Source: Octopus sinensis (Eukaryota). From it: 64,000 nucleotides of DNA. Position numbers and translations under genes: made by a program. The notes under the pieces are model-generated. The model did no database searches. It saw nothing but the letters and a program-made list of their open reading frames with translations, and had not been told where the DNA came from. Positions 1-13,153 of this stretch are shown one piece after another. The stretch spans positions 23,746,001 to 23,810,000 of the forward strand of contig NC_043010.1 in assembly GCF_006345805.1 (NCBI RefSeq), written 5' to 3'. The number at the start of each line of letters is the position of its first letter. Position 1 is the stretch's first letter.

Positions 1-161
1 ATGTATGTATGTATGTATGTATGTATGTATGTATGTGTGTATGTATGTATGTATGTAAGTATGTATGTATGTGTGTGTGTATGTATGTATGTATGTAAGT
101 ACGTATGTATGTATGTGTGTGTGTATGTATGTATGTATGTATGTATGTATGTATGTATGTA
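1..161. repeat. (ATGT)n microsatellite
   Basis: Direct tetranucleotide repeat; representative of dozens of (TA)n, (CA)n, (ATGT)n and (GATA)n tracts across the window. Confidence 0.98.
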
Positions 162-167
162 TCTGAA

Positions 168-480
168 GGCGCGTGGCTAAGTGGTTAGGGCATTCAACTC
201 ACGATTATAAGGTCGTGAGTTCGATTCCCGGCGACGCGTTATGTCCTTGAGCAAGACACTTCACGTTGCTCCAGTCCACTCAGCTGGCAAAAATGAGTAG
301 TACCTGTTTTTCAAAGGGCCAGCTTTGCCACACTCTGTGTCACGCTGAATCTCCCTGAGAACTACATTAAAGATACTTGTATCTGTGGGATGCTCAGCCA
401 CTTGCATGTTAATTTCATGAGCAAGCTGTTCCTTTGATCGCATCAGCTGGGATACTGGTCGTCGTAACCGACGGAGTGCT
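168..480 (+). mobile_element. tRNA-derived SINE, family 1 (tail ...GTCGTAACCGACGGAGTGC)
   Basis: A-box TGGCTAAGTGG and B-box GAGTTCGATTCC; TGTCCTTGAGCAAGACACTT core; homologous copies at 29698-30078 and 37301-37665. Confidence 0.85.
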
Positions 481-517
481 CCTGTATATATGTATGTATA
501 TATGCATCTATCTATCT

Positions 518-551
<34 letters not shown>

Positions 552-644
552 ATCTATCTATCTATCTATCTGTCTGTCTGTCTGTCTATGTGTGTATCTA
601 TGTATGTATGTGTTGCGTATGCGAATAGATGTGTATATAGGACT

Positions 645-810
645 ACAGTTGTTACGTTCTCAGTTCAAATTTCGCCGTGATCGACTTTATCTTTCATCCT
701 TTCGGGGTCGATAAATTAAGCACCATTTACGCACTGGAGTAGATGCAATCAACTTAATTCCTTTGTTTGTCTCCTCTATGTTTAGCCCCTTGTGGGTAAT
801 AAAGAAATAT
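645..810 (+). mobile_element. SINE family 2, 5'-truncated, tail A
   Basis: Matches the copy at 9491-9722 (GTTCAAATT...CATCCTTTCGGGGTCGATAAATTAAG); ends CTCTATGTTTAGCCCCTTGTGGGTAATAAAGAAATA. Confidence 0.85.
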
Positions 811-1567
811 ATATTGCATCTAAGCTCGCATCTACAAATGTATATATATATATGTATATATGGCAGTGTATGTCATACAGCATAACAGCTCATAACTAGC
901 TTCACAAATAAACGTAGATATAGTTGCGTAACATATATATTTAACCGCCGGCCTGACAGACAACATGTGAACAAACCAATATAATGGATAAAAGATGTTT
1001 CAATAAATGTCAACAGTTGAATACGCATGTATGTATGCACACATAAATAAATGTGTGTGTATATGTGTGCATGTGTGTGCATAATCTTCTGTATGTGTAT
1101 TAAGGTAAATAATGTAAATAAATGGAACCGAGAAGCATGTGCAGTATATATATATGTATACACATGGATTGCTAGACAGGTGTATAGTCGAAAGACAGAG
1201 ATAAACAGAGACCAGATAAGCAGATATATGCTAGAAAAATGACAGAGGAATGCATACATATAAAACTAGTTAAATCTTTATATTATTTCCTGCAGAAGAG
1301 ATCTACGTAGTGAGATGAATAGTAACTGATGTTAGATAAACAGTATCGTTATAGATAGAGCAAATGGATACATATACACACGCAAATATAAATACACACT
1401 TGAAAGACACACGTACACGCACATATATATACGTATGTAATTTAAATGCATTTACACACACAAAGACAGACACACGCACATACGCGCATATATGTATGTG
1501 CGTGCTTATATATGCGTACATATATGCCTGTGTATGTAGCTATACGCGTATGTTTATATATATAAAG

Positions 1568-1614
<47 letters not shown>

Positions 1615-1651
1615 GACACACACGATATGTATGTGTGTGTGTATGTGAGCG

Positions 1652-1688
<37 letters not shown>

Positions 1689-2262
1689 AATATATGTATA
1701 TATATTATATATATACGTGCATATGTATTATAATACATAGATAACGTATATATAGAAAGAGAAAGTGAGAGAGAGAAGCACAGAGGGAGACAGAGAGACA
1801 GAGAGAAATAAAGATAGAAAGAACGAAACAATGAGTAAGAGCGTCAGATGATGAAAAGAAAAGTGTGCAAAGCTGTAAAGAAGACCTAGTGACTTTACAA
1901 CCGAAAAAACTTCACTGAACGACGACATTTCATAGACACATATTGGAACTGAGAGTGGCAATACGAAGGATTCGGCGTATCACGACTGTTGCCAGACAAT
2001 GTTGTTTCATTTAGTGTAGTTTGTTTTATCATCGATTTGTTTTTCATTTTAGTTTTTCGATTTTTAAAGACCAACACGAAACCAAAAACTGATTTCCTAG
2101 CTAACAAATAGTTCCAAACCGCTGTAATGGCTGTGCGAAACAATAGCTGAACTTTACTCCAGCCATCAACACTAACTAGCTAGTAAAATTTCTCATACAT
2201 ATATCTATATGTGCATATATACATACACACACACACACACACATATATATATGTGTGTGTGT

Positions 2263-2296
<34 letters not shown>

Positions 2297-2794
2297 CATA
2301 TATATGTATGCATATGTATATATGTATATGTAGTATTATATTTTTTCTTTTTTGTAGTTTTTTTTCTTCTTTTTCTTGCTTCTTTTGTTAGCCGAAGATC
2401 AAAATATATCGAGAAAGAAAGAGCGAGGATGAGATCACGTGAAAAAAAAACAAAAAAAGAAACAGGAAAATAAAGGAAAGCGTAATGGCTACGTTGGACA
2501 TTTATGTATGTTTGCGGTGACATACAGAAATACACACAAACACACACAACAACAGATACACACACAAACGCATCATATACAACATATACATGCAAAAAAC
2601 GTAATATAAAAAAAATAATAAATGGCCGCTTACCTTGTAGCAGATTCATTTCTCACACAGACACATACACACACACAAATCTACATATTTATATGCTGGT
2701 CAGTAAATTTGCCCGTGCGCGAATACATACATGCATACATAGATATATACATACATACACACAACATATATATATATATATATATATGTATATG

Positions 2795-2828
<34 letters not shown>

Positions 2829-2942
2829 CATATTTATGTACATACAGATATATATTGTCTATATCTATATAAGTATATGTATGTATGTATCTATCCGTCT
2901 ATCCATTTATCTATCTATTTATCTTTCTAAATATATGTTTAA

Positions 2943-2973
<31 letters not shown>

Positions 2974-3058
2974 CGTGTGTATGTAAGTATGCATATGTAT
3001 ACATATGTGTTTATATATATATATATGTGTGTGCGTGTGTGCGTATGCGTGTGTATAT

Positions 3059-3093
<35 letters not shown>

Positions 3094-3499
3094 CGTGTGC
3101 GTGTATGCACGCACATACATATGTATGTATATCCTTTATGTATACGAGAATCATAAAGATAATTCTGTTGATATTGACGTTGTTGTAGACAGTTCACTCA
3201 CCATGAATATAATGTTGAATGTGGGTTTCCATTCTGCTTTCAAGTATTTTCATTGTGTTGTCAGTCTCCTCTTTTGTTGGACAGAGAGATCGTTTGAACA
3301 TCGATTTGTTTTCTTACCTCTACAAAATATATAAAAATACAAATACACACAAAAATTCACCGATTTATTTTCTGGAGGGAGGAAGAACAGAGAGAATGGA
3401 ATTTCGGTCTGGATGGGAATGGGATTGTGTTGCTTTCATGCCTTTCCTCAATTATATTAAAATATTATGATATACTCTGTCGCATGGCTACAATTATCG

Positions 3500-4440
3500 A
3501 AGTGGTGGGAAATATGGGATAAGTTTGGCACCCGTTTAGTTCACATCATAAGACGCAGCATTTGGTTGGAAAATATGAAAGGTAAAGCTGATCTCGGCAG
3601 GATTTGAACTCTGGAGGTTAAAGATCCATAAGATGTAATCTAAGGTATTTTTCTTGTATTTCGATTATTTCTTCTGGCAGTGTCACAATGCCAACAACTT
3701 TGAGGCGAGTGGTTGTTTGATCCCATCGACCCAATTATTTCACTGGTACCTTATTTTGTTAAACTCGGAAGGACGAAAAGCGAAGTTGACTTTGCCGGAA
3801 ATTGAAGTCCCACGCTCTACTAATCGTTTGTTTCTTTAGTATAAGACCAACAATTTTGAGGGGATGGGAAGTCGATTACCGTAACCCCAGTGCTCAACTA
3901 GTATTTATTTTATCCATGCCGAAAACATGGAAAGCAAAGTTGGGCACAGAGAATTTGAACTGAGAACGTAGAAATGAACGAAATGACGTTAAGCTTCCAA
4001 ACGGCTCTCGCAGTTCGCCGTCTTCCGATATTGTACTGGTTTCTAATTTTGGCACATGGCCAGCAATTCGGGATGGGGAGTAAATCGATTACATCGCTCC
4101 TAGTGCTTAACTGGTTCTTATTTCATCGACCCCGAAAATGATGAAAAGAAAAGTCGACCTCGAAAGAATTTGAACTCAAAATATAAAGACAGACGAAATG
4201 CCGCTAAGCATTTTTCCCTAAGTGCTAACGATTCTTTTCTACTCTAGGCACAAGGCCTGAAATTTTGGGTCAGTGGATTAGATCGACACCAGTACGCCAC
4301 TTGTACTTAATTTATCGACCCTGAAAGGATGAAGAGCAAAGTCGACATCGGTGGAATTTGAACTCAGAACGTAGCGTCGGGCGAAATGTCGCTAAGCATT
4401 TCTTCCCAAGTGCTAACGATTCTGCCAGCTCGCCACCTTA
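3500..4440 (-). mobile_element. Head-to-tail cluster of about 5 SINE family 2 copies
   Basis: Repeated reverse-complement blocks (AAAGTCGACCTCGG..GAATTTGAACTC) near 3590, 3780, 3950, 4150 and 4340, with tail variants. Confidence 0.8.
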
Positions 4441-5836
4441 AGATTAACAACAAATGTTGAAGTAGATACACTAGTTTTATAGATGTGTAGTGACTGGGAC
4501 GTTAAAACTAATTAGAGGTACTTAATTTTAGCGTACTTCGAGATTCATTTAACAAAACATGAAGATAAAGTTATAGATTTGTTACAGCTTAAACCTCTCC
4601 AATCGAAGAGGATTCACAATCGATAATACACCTCTGAATATATTGCAAAAATAATATCCATAACATATATTTCTTTTTGTTTTAGTTATTTTATTTTTAT
4701 TATTCTGGCATTTACTTATAAATCTACACCTTATTGTTTGACTTCTTTGAGAAAATTCTGTCTCAAGACTTTGTGGAATTTTAAAAATAAAACAAGAGTG
4801 CGTAGTTTATATAGGTTTTAAATAATGACATATTTGACAGGCATGGCTATAATCTCACAAGAAATAAGCAGAAAAATCCGAGACACAGAGCTAAAAACAC
4901 GTTTTTCTATTTCTAATTATTGATTTCGATAGATTTGTATTATTTATATTCCTAATGTGTTGCTTTAAAACTAAATCTTAATGCCGTTGACTAACTCCGG
5001 TGTCTTTCTTTCTGGAGACTTGATCGAAGATAATGCTATAGTTATGAAATTCCTAACTGTTCGATGCCAAACGGCTTTTGTTGGTATTACTTTTTATTTC
5101 GCTAGTGTGCAGACTAACCAGGTTAACCTTTATGTTTGTGACAGAGGACATAGTTGTATCAATTGTGTTGTGATATGTAAATGTGACATTACATTCCGCA
5201 CTGGCTTAGAAAAATAAAATTTTAGATTTGTATGGAAAGATTTTTTTATCTTGTATAATTATGAGTTAACTCTTGCATTTAGAGGCGTGCATGGCTATCT
5301 GTTTAAGCAGCATGCTTATGAAACCGTGTGATTTGTTTTATACTACTGCGTGTCACTTTGGGCTAATGTTTTCTGCCTTTGTATTGCGTTGGATAACGCT
5401 TTTCGAGCGGAGTTTGATAAATAGAAATGATGCAAAGCACTTCTATAAATGTGTAGTTGTGTATATATCTTTTATGTTTATTACTTTAAATATCCTATAA
5501 AATTCAGAGCCACCACTGAAAGTTACAATGTGTCTTAAATGAATACGTTTTTGTAAACAATGCGTTCGACGACAGCAAAAAAAAGGCAATGGTTGTATAT
5601 ACTATTTCAAGTGTCATTGCCACATCAGTACCACATCCAACCTAACAAGTATTCACGAACACATTACTTAAAATATCTTCCAGGTAAAGTGGTGTAAAAC
5701 TATTGAATAGAACAATTTACATATTAAACACATCCATAACTGTTACACACATATTCATTTCTGGTAAGGACACAATATTTCGTTTTGCAACTATTATGTA
5801 CTACCAAGTATAATATACTATCAAGTATGGGTTTAC

Positions 5837-5903
<67 letters not shown>

Positions 5904-6149
5904 TGTATGTATGTATGTATGTATACATGAATATATTTATGTATGTATGTCAGTTGTTATTCAGTTTTATTTCAAGACTTCTTGCCAATAAAGAGCAGGC
6001 TTCTAATCTAGATCCATGGCTTCTTCATTGGAATTTCAACATCAACAACAGGGTGTTTTTATGTATTTATGCCAGTCTATCTGTCTGTCTGTATGTATGT
6101 ATAGATGTATATACGCCTACATGTAGATATATATAGATGTGTTTATATC

Positions 6150-6370
6150 TACGAGCGGTTGCTGAAAAGATCCTGCTTTTAAGAATATGGCGAAGGGCCT
6201 GGCCGGAGGACCAACCAGCCGTGTTCTTTTACAGGGCTTAGAAAAACTGAAGTAATGTTGCAATAAGTGTGTGAATCTGAGAGGGGAATATGTTGAATAA
6301 AATCACAATTAACCGATCCTCCTGCATTTTCTTTTACCCAGTGCTAGATACTTTTCAACACAATTTCGTA
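6150..6370 (+). mobile_element. mariner-derived MITE
   Basis: Imperfect TIRs TACGAGCGGTTGCTGAAAAG / CTTTTCAACACAATTTCGTA; internal remnant translates CNKCVNLRGEYVE*, a typical mariner transposase C-terminus. Confidence 0.7.
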
Positions 6371-6814
6371 TGTGCATATTTGTATAGATGTGGTTGAATC
6401 TACATGCATATTTGCTTAGATTTGTACGTGGCCATATGTTATATGTAGATGTTTATCTTCTTATATGTATAAATGTATCTTTGTGTATGTGTCTATATCT
6501 GGAGATTACAGATCCCTTGACAATCCCGTCATTTTCTTTTACTGTATCTATAAATACATTATCCTAAACATCCCACATTTACTAAAGAAGGCAAAGAATG
6601 ATTTCAAGGTGAGTTGGCTTCTGTTTATAGGGGCGTTAGAGAAAATCGTTTCGGTGACTGGAACAAAAGTCTCTTTGCTTTCCGATTTCAAATATTAACG
6701 CGGTTACATTTGCTTTTCATTTCATTATTGTATAAAACATGCCATGAAGTCAAGTTGTTTCTCTCTCTCTTTCTTTCTCTCCCTCTTCCTCTCCGTATAT
6801 ATACATACATACAT

Positions 6815-6888
<74 letters not shown>

Positions 6889-7125
6889 ACGAAAACAACA
6901 AAAGGCGAAGACATGTGGTGTACAAAACAAACCGATGTATTAGTATAACACTCAGGAATAGAAAAAGAATATATATATAGATATATATATATGTATGTAT
7001 ATATATATATCTATATATATATATATACCAATAAAATGAAGAATGCAAAAAATGTTATAAATATATATATATATATAAATATCTTTCTATCAATTCATTT
7101 ATATGGCACTCTTTATGTATATATG

Positions 7126-7165
<40 letters not shown>

Positions 7166-7319
7166 CGTTAGTCTTTTTATCTGTGTATCTCTGCCACCCG
7201 CTTTCTCTCTTTCTGGAAGGAACTGTCTCTGGTAAAATCTGGAGAGGGGAGCGCTCTGTTAGGTCTAACGATGACCAAAATACTCCATACGTCAAGACAA
7301 AGCCCCTACGACTCCATTA

Positions 7320-7354
<35 letters not shown>

Positions 7355-8118
7355 CTCTGCTAAACACCTCCAACAAGAAAGTCTCTCCTAGAGAGAGAAA
7401 TCTGCAAGTCAAACTTCTCTCTTCATTGATATTTATTCGCAGCTAAATACAATGAAGAAGAGAAAATTATGTGCTTTGTTAGAGGACACAAAATCATTGA
7501 TAACTTCCTTCAGGCTGTAAGGCTGCGACACTCGAAATCGCAAAATTACTATGAAAACGAAAATATGTTATATCATTAATTCCGTAGTTAATCATCTGAA
7601 AATGGATTTGGAAGATTAAAGGAATGACACTTAGTAACACATTAATTCCAACTTTACCTCAGTTCTCATTGCTTGAAGTTCGATTTAGACTATGGAACGA
7701 GAAACGATGATCAAGAAACTTAATTAGCGTTTTCCTTCCATGTTACAATTTCCTGTGATCTACCGATTTCCTCTGATCAACATATTCGCTGTTGGCACCA
7801 ATTTCCGAAAATCAATATTTTCATGCGGTCCACAATTTCCTTCTATCAACAAGGTTTCGTAGTTGCATATCAGCACGCCTAAGCTTAAACATCACTTTTC
7901 CTGCTTCAGACCCTTCCAGACCCGCGCATCTCCACCAATCAAGCTGAAATCGTTTAAGGTACATTATCAATGATCAATAGCATAACTAGAAAAATAAAAT
8001 CGAATTTTGAAAATAAATTCCTGGATTTATCTTAAATTTTTTCACACTACTATAGCCTCGAGCAGATTGGATTAGGTAGACGCAAACTGAAGAGAAGCTA
8101 TTCGTATATATATATATT

Positions 8119-8270
8119 CTAGCAAAAACTGTCCGACGAACGGGAACGTGAAACTCAGAGTAACAGGTTTTGTTGTATTTTCTGCTGCTTTTAAATAAAA
8201 CATATTACTCTACCCCTGGTATTAGAGTACTCTTTTTTCCACCTTGTTTCACATTTATGTGTTTACTCAT
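8119..8270 (+). mobile_element. Penelope-like terminal repeat (family A) with hammerhead-like motif
   Basis: Near-identical to 38822-39048 and 62840-62918; contains CTGT-CCGACGA-ACG(GGAA)CGT-GAAACTCAGAGTA-ACAG at 8129-8166. Confidence 0.6.
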
Positions 8271-8439
8271 TTATGTATATGTATATATATATATATATGT
8301 ATGTATATGTATATATATATACATATACATACATACATACATACATATATATATATATAATATATATGTATGTATGTATATGTATGTATATGTACGTATG
8401 TATGTATGTATGTATGTATGTATGTATGTATGTATGTAT

Positions 8440-8665
8440 GCATTTTTGTGTCTGTGTTTCCCCCCATCACTGCTCGACAATCGATGTTGATGTACTTGCG
8501 TCCCCCGTAACTAAGAAATTGGGCAAAAAAGACCGATAGAACTAGTACCGGGCTTAAAAAGTTAAGTGCTGTGGTCGTTTCGTTCCACTAAAACTCGTCA
8601 AGGCGCTGCTCCACCATGGCCTCAGTCAGATACCTGAAAGAAGTAAAAGAATAAAAGAAAGAATT
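8440..8665 (+). mobile_element. SINE family 3, 3' half
   Basis: Diverged match to 11075-11288, including the GGCGCTGCTCCACCATGGCC...AAAAGAATAAAAGA tail. Confidence 0.7.
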
Positions 8666-9009
8666 TCTTATCGTTATTGTGGGATTTCAGTTACCACTGA
8701 TGTTGTTATTATTGTTGTTATTGTTAGTGTTGTTGTCCTTGTTGTTGCTGTCGTTATTTAACCATAATTTAATCTGAATGAGGAGGTACAAATGTCGAAA
8801 GATCGAACGCTTTTCGATTTCCACCTCACCGTTTTCGTTTTTCTTTCTTTTTTTTTTTTTTTTGGCTACACACAACATTTTCCAATATATCCACCCACTT
8901 CTTTCTGAGAGAGCGGGAGATGTAATTTTAAGAAAATGTGTCTCATGTAACATTTCGATGCTCGATCTTGCGGGTGTTTCCTTTCGCCAAAGTTGGTAGT
9001 GCTAGGATT

Positions 9010-9757
9010 TTCTACCTTGTTCATTTCGGACGTTAGGATTGCTTGCACGGACCCATACGACAAACCAACAACGTCAGAAACGTCAATGGTTGATCCCTTT
9101 CGATCCTCATGCACAAGCTGATGAATTTTCTCCACATTTCAGGGGATCACCTCTGCGGCAGGTCTTTCGTCTTCCAGGGATATTCTTCAGCTTCTAAAGC
9201 GCCCGTACCACTCGACACACTGCGTACGACCCATTGTCTCGTTGCCGTAAGCATGATCAATATTTCTGTAGAGATACCTCTCAAGTGTAACGCAAAATTT
9301 CACGTCGGTTCTTTGTTCCTGTCCACGACATAAATTGCAGATTAAGGCATACAAGTGATCACAAAAACAAACTTTTCGCAACTTGCGACGTCACTCGCAC
9401 ACCGGCTCGTGAAGGAAACCACAAGCCTTCACGACGCACGCGACGCTGAGCTGCCATCGGTTGGTGCGCTACAGAACTAGTCCGGGAACTAGGCGGCGAG
9501 CTGGCAGAAACGTTAGCACGCCTGGCGAAATGCGTAGCCGTATTTCGTCAAGCCGTTACGTTCTGGGTTCAAATTCCGCCGAGGTCGACTTTGCCTTTCA
9601 TCCTTTCGGGGTTGATAAATTAAGTACCAGTTACGCACTGAGGTCGATGTAATCGACTTAATCCGTTTGTCTGTCCTTGTTTGTCCTCTCTGTGTTTAGC
9701 CCCTTATAGGCAATAAAAAATAAGAACTTGTCCGGGAACTTTTTGATACACCTCGTA
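9010..9757 (-). mobile_element. mariner transposon 5' fragment (TIR plus N-terminal HTH), interrupted by a SINE
   Basis: Minus-strand peptides EQRTDVKFCV...MGRTQCVEWYGRFRS and EKIHQLVHEDR...VGLSYGSVQAILTSE; TIR TACGAGGTGTATCAAAAAGTTCCCGGAC ends at 9757. Confidence 0.8.
9491..9722 (+). mobile_element. SINE family 2, full length, tail A, 18-bp TSD
   Basis: Head GGCGGCGAGCTGGCAGAAACGTTAGC; TSD AGAACT(A/T)GTCCGGGAACT at 9473-9490 and 9723-9740. Confidence 0.9.
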
Positions 9758-9989
9758 TCTTATGATCTTAAAAGAGTAAGAAAAGCCTAGATGAGGAATC
9801 TAATGCATTTATTGTCCGTCAATTCGATAATTATTTAGAAATTTTGTTGAGATCGAGGCTAAGCAATATAAGTGAGCGGTTCGGAGCCGAAGGTATTGGC
9901 ACAGTCCCTGTTCTTATAGAGTTTCTACGGTTTTACATGTCTATCTTACACATTTGTGGTCTTAAAGACATAAAGCAATATAATATGTA

Positions 9990-10195
9990 ACTTGGTAGAA
10001 ACGTTAGCACGCTGGGTGAAATGCTTAGCGGTATTTCGTCCGTCATTACGTTCTTGCTTTCAAATTCCGCCAAGGTCGACTTTGCCTTTCTTCTTTTCGG
10101 GTTCGATAAATTAAATACCACTTGCGTACTGGAGTCGATCTAATCGCCTGGCTCCCTCCCCAAAACTTTCAGGCCACGTGCTTACAGTAGGAAAT
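9990..10195 (+). mobile_element. SINE family 2, tail B
   Basis: Same body as 9491-9722, with a degenerate TTTCAGGCC..GTGC tail. Confidence 0.8.
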
Positions 10196-10240
10196 AATAT
10201 TGTATGTAACTATGTTACAGAGTACTGTACAAAAAAGATT

Positions 10241-10545
10241 GTTGTTTGTTCCTTCTCGAGCCACGCCTGGCTGATAGGGCCGGTTTCCCGGTTTCCTTGG
10301 CGTATAGGTTCCCCATCTGGATGAGACGCCGGTCCGTCGCAGTTGAGCTGCAAGATACAGGAGGAAAGAGTGAGAGAAAGTTGTGGCAAAAGAGTCAGTA
10401 GAGATTTCGCCATTACCTTCTGCCGGAGTCGCGTGGAGCTTAGGTGTTTCGCTCATAAACACACACATCGCCCGGTCTGAGATTCGAACCAGCGATCGCT
10501 CGACCGTGAGTCCGCTGCTCTAACCACTAGGCCATATACCTCCAC
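10241..10545 (-). mobile_element. tRNA-derived SINE family 4, 12-bp TSD
   Basis: Reverse complement of 11521-11820; (AAC)n tail; ACAAAAAAGATT at 10229-10240 and 10546-10557. Confidence 0.85.
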
Positions 10546-10887
10546 ACAAAAAAGATTAGCTCTTTCAAAGAGTGCTGAGCTATTAGGAAAAGCATGAAAG
10601 CCATATCTTCCACCTTTTCTTCTCAGTTTAATTACATAGACTTCATGCCTGGATTTAAAGTAATATAGAATGGCTTTCTGGATATAAAGGAACTAAAAGA
10701 GGGCAACGAAAGTCTATTGCATGCAAAGTAACCAAATAACCATTCCTCTCCTCTTTTCTCCACCTCTCTCTCTCCCTTTCTTATTTCATCTGTCCCTCTC
10801 CCTTTCTCTCTTTCTATCTCTCTCTATTTTTTGTTCAAAAATGTGTACCTTCACTCCATTCTTGTAACTGATAAATGTTTAGTTATA

Positions 10888-11288
10888 GGCGCAGGAGTAG
10901 CTGTATAGTAAGTAGCTTGCTTACCAACCACATGGTACCGGGTTCAGTCCTACTGCGTGGCACCTTGGGCAAGTGACTTCTACTATAGCCTCGGGCCGAC
11001 TAAAGCCTTGTGAGTAGATTTGGTGGACGGAAACTGAAAGAAGCTCGTCGTATACATGTGTGTGTGTGTGTGTTTGTGTGTCTGTATTTGTCCCCACCCC
11101 CAACATCGCTTGACCACCGATGCTGGTGTGTTTACGTCCCCGTAACTTAGCGGTTCGGCAAAAGAGACCGATAGAATAAGTACTAGGCTTACAAAGGATA
11201 AGTCCTGGGGTCGATTAGCTCGATTAAAGGCGGTGCTCCAGCTTGGCCGCAGTCAAATGACTGAAACAAGTAAAAGAGTAAAAGAGTA
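10888..11288 (+). mobile_element. tRNA-derived SINE family 3, full length
   Basis: Head GGCGCAGGAGTAGCTGTATAG, B-box GGTTCAGTCC, internal (TG)n, tail GGCGGTGCTCCAGC...CAGTCAAATGACTGAAAC(AAGTAAAAG)n. Confidence 0.9.
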
Positions 11289-11289
11289 T

Positions 11290-11510
11290 GTGGCTCGTCG
11301 AAGATGGTGAAATAGCTGAACTGTTAGCGTGACGGATGAAATGGACAGCGGCACTTCTGTATCTTTACCTTGAGTTCGATTTCCATCGAGGTCGAATTCG
11401 CTTTTGATCCTCTCAGGAACCGCAAATGAGGTCCTATCTTTGCACTGGGATCGATCTAATCGACTTATCCTCTTCCTCTCCCCTAAAAAGTTGGACTTGA
11501 ACATATTTGT
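11290..11510 (+). mobile_element. Degenerate SINE family 2
   Basis: GAGTTCGATTTCCATCGAGGTCGAATTCGCTTTTGATCCT is a diverged version of the family 2 core. Confidence 0.55.
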
Positions 11511-11520
11511 GTGTGGAGAA

Positions 11521-11820
11521 ACATGGCCTAATGGTTTGAGTAGCGGACTCGCGGTTGAGGGATCGCGGGTTCGAATCTCAGACAGGGTGATGTGTGTGTT
11601 TATGAGCGAAACACCTAAGCTCCACCCAGCTCCGGCAGAAGGTAATGGCGAACTTCTTCTCATTACTTCATCACAACTTTCTCTCACTCTTTCCTCCTGC
11701 ATCCAGCAGCTCATCTGAGACTGACGGGCGTCCCGTCCATGTAGGGGAATCTGTACGCCAATGAAACCGGGAAACCGGCCCTTATGAGCCAGGCGTGGAT
11801 CGAGAAGGAACAACAACAAC
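11521..11820 (+). mobile_element. tRNA-derived SINE family 4
   Basis: A-box TGGCCTAATGG, B-box GGTTCGAATCTC, (AAC)n tail. Confidence 0.85.
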
Positions 11821-11949
11821 CACACGTATTTGTGTACGTCAGCGTGCTTGCATGAGTCATTCTACACTGCTTCAGGCAAAGGAACTTACCAAAATCTCTT
11901 AAACAATAATTTCTTTGTCATCGCTATCCAGAGCTATACAATATCTAGT

Positions 11950-12067
11950 ACATTATTTACATTATTTACATTTCACGGATATTTGTCCTCATCTTGTTTG
12001 TTGTTAACTCCAAGATTTCGAGTTAGATTCCAGGCAGTGACACGAATAATAATAATAATAATAATGA

Positions 12068-12130
<63 letters not shown>

Positions 12131-12300
12131 AACCCAGGTTCGAAATTTCCCCAAGGCTCCTGATAAAGTCTGGTGAGTATATCAGCTGAAACGTTGTGTT
12201 AACAACAAACATGATGAGGACAAATATCCGTCAAATGTAAATAATGTAAGTAATGTAAATAATATACATAATTCCTCATCTCTTAAATATAGAACTGTAA
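11950..12300. mobile_element. Penelope-like inverted terminal element (family B) around (TAA)n/(TAG)n
   Basis: Inverted arms at about 11950-12010 and 12195-12262; homologous to 14820-15082; degenerate hammerhead CTGATAA...GAAACGTTGTG. Confidence 0.55.
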
Positions 12301-12939
12301 AATATTTAGTGTTGTGATTACTGTTTCATTTGAAAACTCCCTTATGAAACCTACGACATGACTGTTGTGATAAGTATCGGAGCTTAACCATCGTGTTTTT
12401 TTTTTTGTTTTTTTTTTTTGTCAGTTATTTGAGATCTCGCTACGCTGAGTCGTAAAATCCTGTTAAACCAACGTCCGAAACGTTTGTCTCTCGATTAGAG
12501 CCATTCCATTTCAATCTCTCGAATAAAGCTCATGTGAATATCGAGCGCATGAAATTATTTCTCGACATGGCATTATGCCGAATATCTCCTGTATCACTTT
12601 TAAATTGGACTTTTGGATATCCATATACCAATCGCTGGTCATAATGCACTTCAGTTCTTCCTGTGAATGTATCCTTCTCCGCCATTTGAAACCGAATCGT
12701 TTGACAATGTTGTAACATGAGATCACTTGGATAATACTCGAAAACCGCATTGATTCCCCTATTGTGTATAAATTCTTCGGAGTCCCAGTCGTCAGTCTCA
12801 TAAATCGTAATATGCAAACAAAAAAAATATGGATTCGTTTGAGGAAAATAATAAGCATTTCTAATATGCATAGAAGACGAAAAGGTTTTGGTGAAGGATT
12901 TAATCGATTCGATTGATTTCATTATATGAATAATTGTTA

Positions 12940-13153
12940 AGCCAGCGAGCTGGCAGACTCGTTAGCACGTCGAGCTAAATACTTAGCGCTACTTCTTCTG
13001 CCGCTACGTTCTGAGTTCAAATTCCACCGGGGTCGACTTTGCCTTTCATTCTTTCGGGATCGATAAATTAAGTTAGTAGTGAAACATTGGAATCGGTGTA
13101 TTCGACCTGTTCTTTCTCCACAAATTTCAGGCCTTGTGCCTATAGTAGAAATG
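12940..13153 (+). mobile_element. SINE family 2, tail B, 19-bp TSD
   Basis: TSD ATTATATGAATAATTGTTA at 12921-12939 and 13154-13172; tail hairpin AGGC-CTTGT-GCCT. Confidence 0.9.

Noticed and set aside
168-240. tRNA-like sequences with A and B boxes (also 10888, 11521, 32050-32150, 47612)
   Set aside because: No complete cloverleaf, and each continues into a SINE body, so they are SINE heads rather than tRNA genes.
1728-2143. Hydrophobic minus-strand ORFs as a membrane-protein exon
   Set aside because: Hydrophobicity comes largely from an antisense (GA)-rich tract; no convincing splice sites or motifs.
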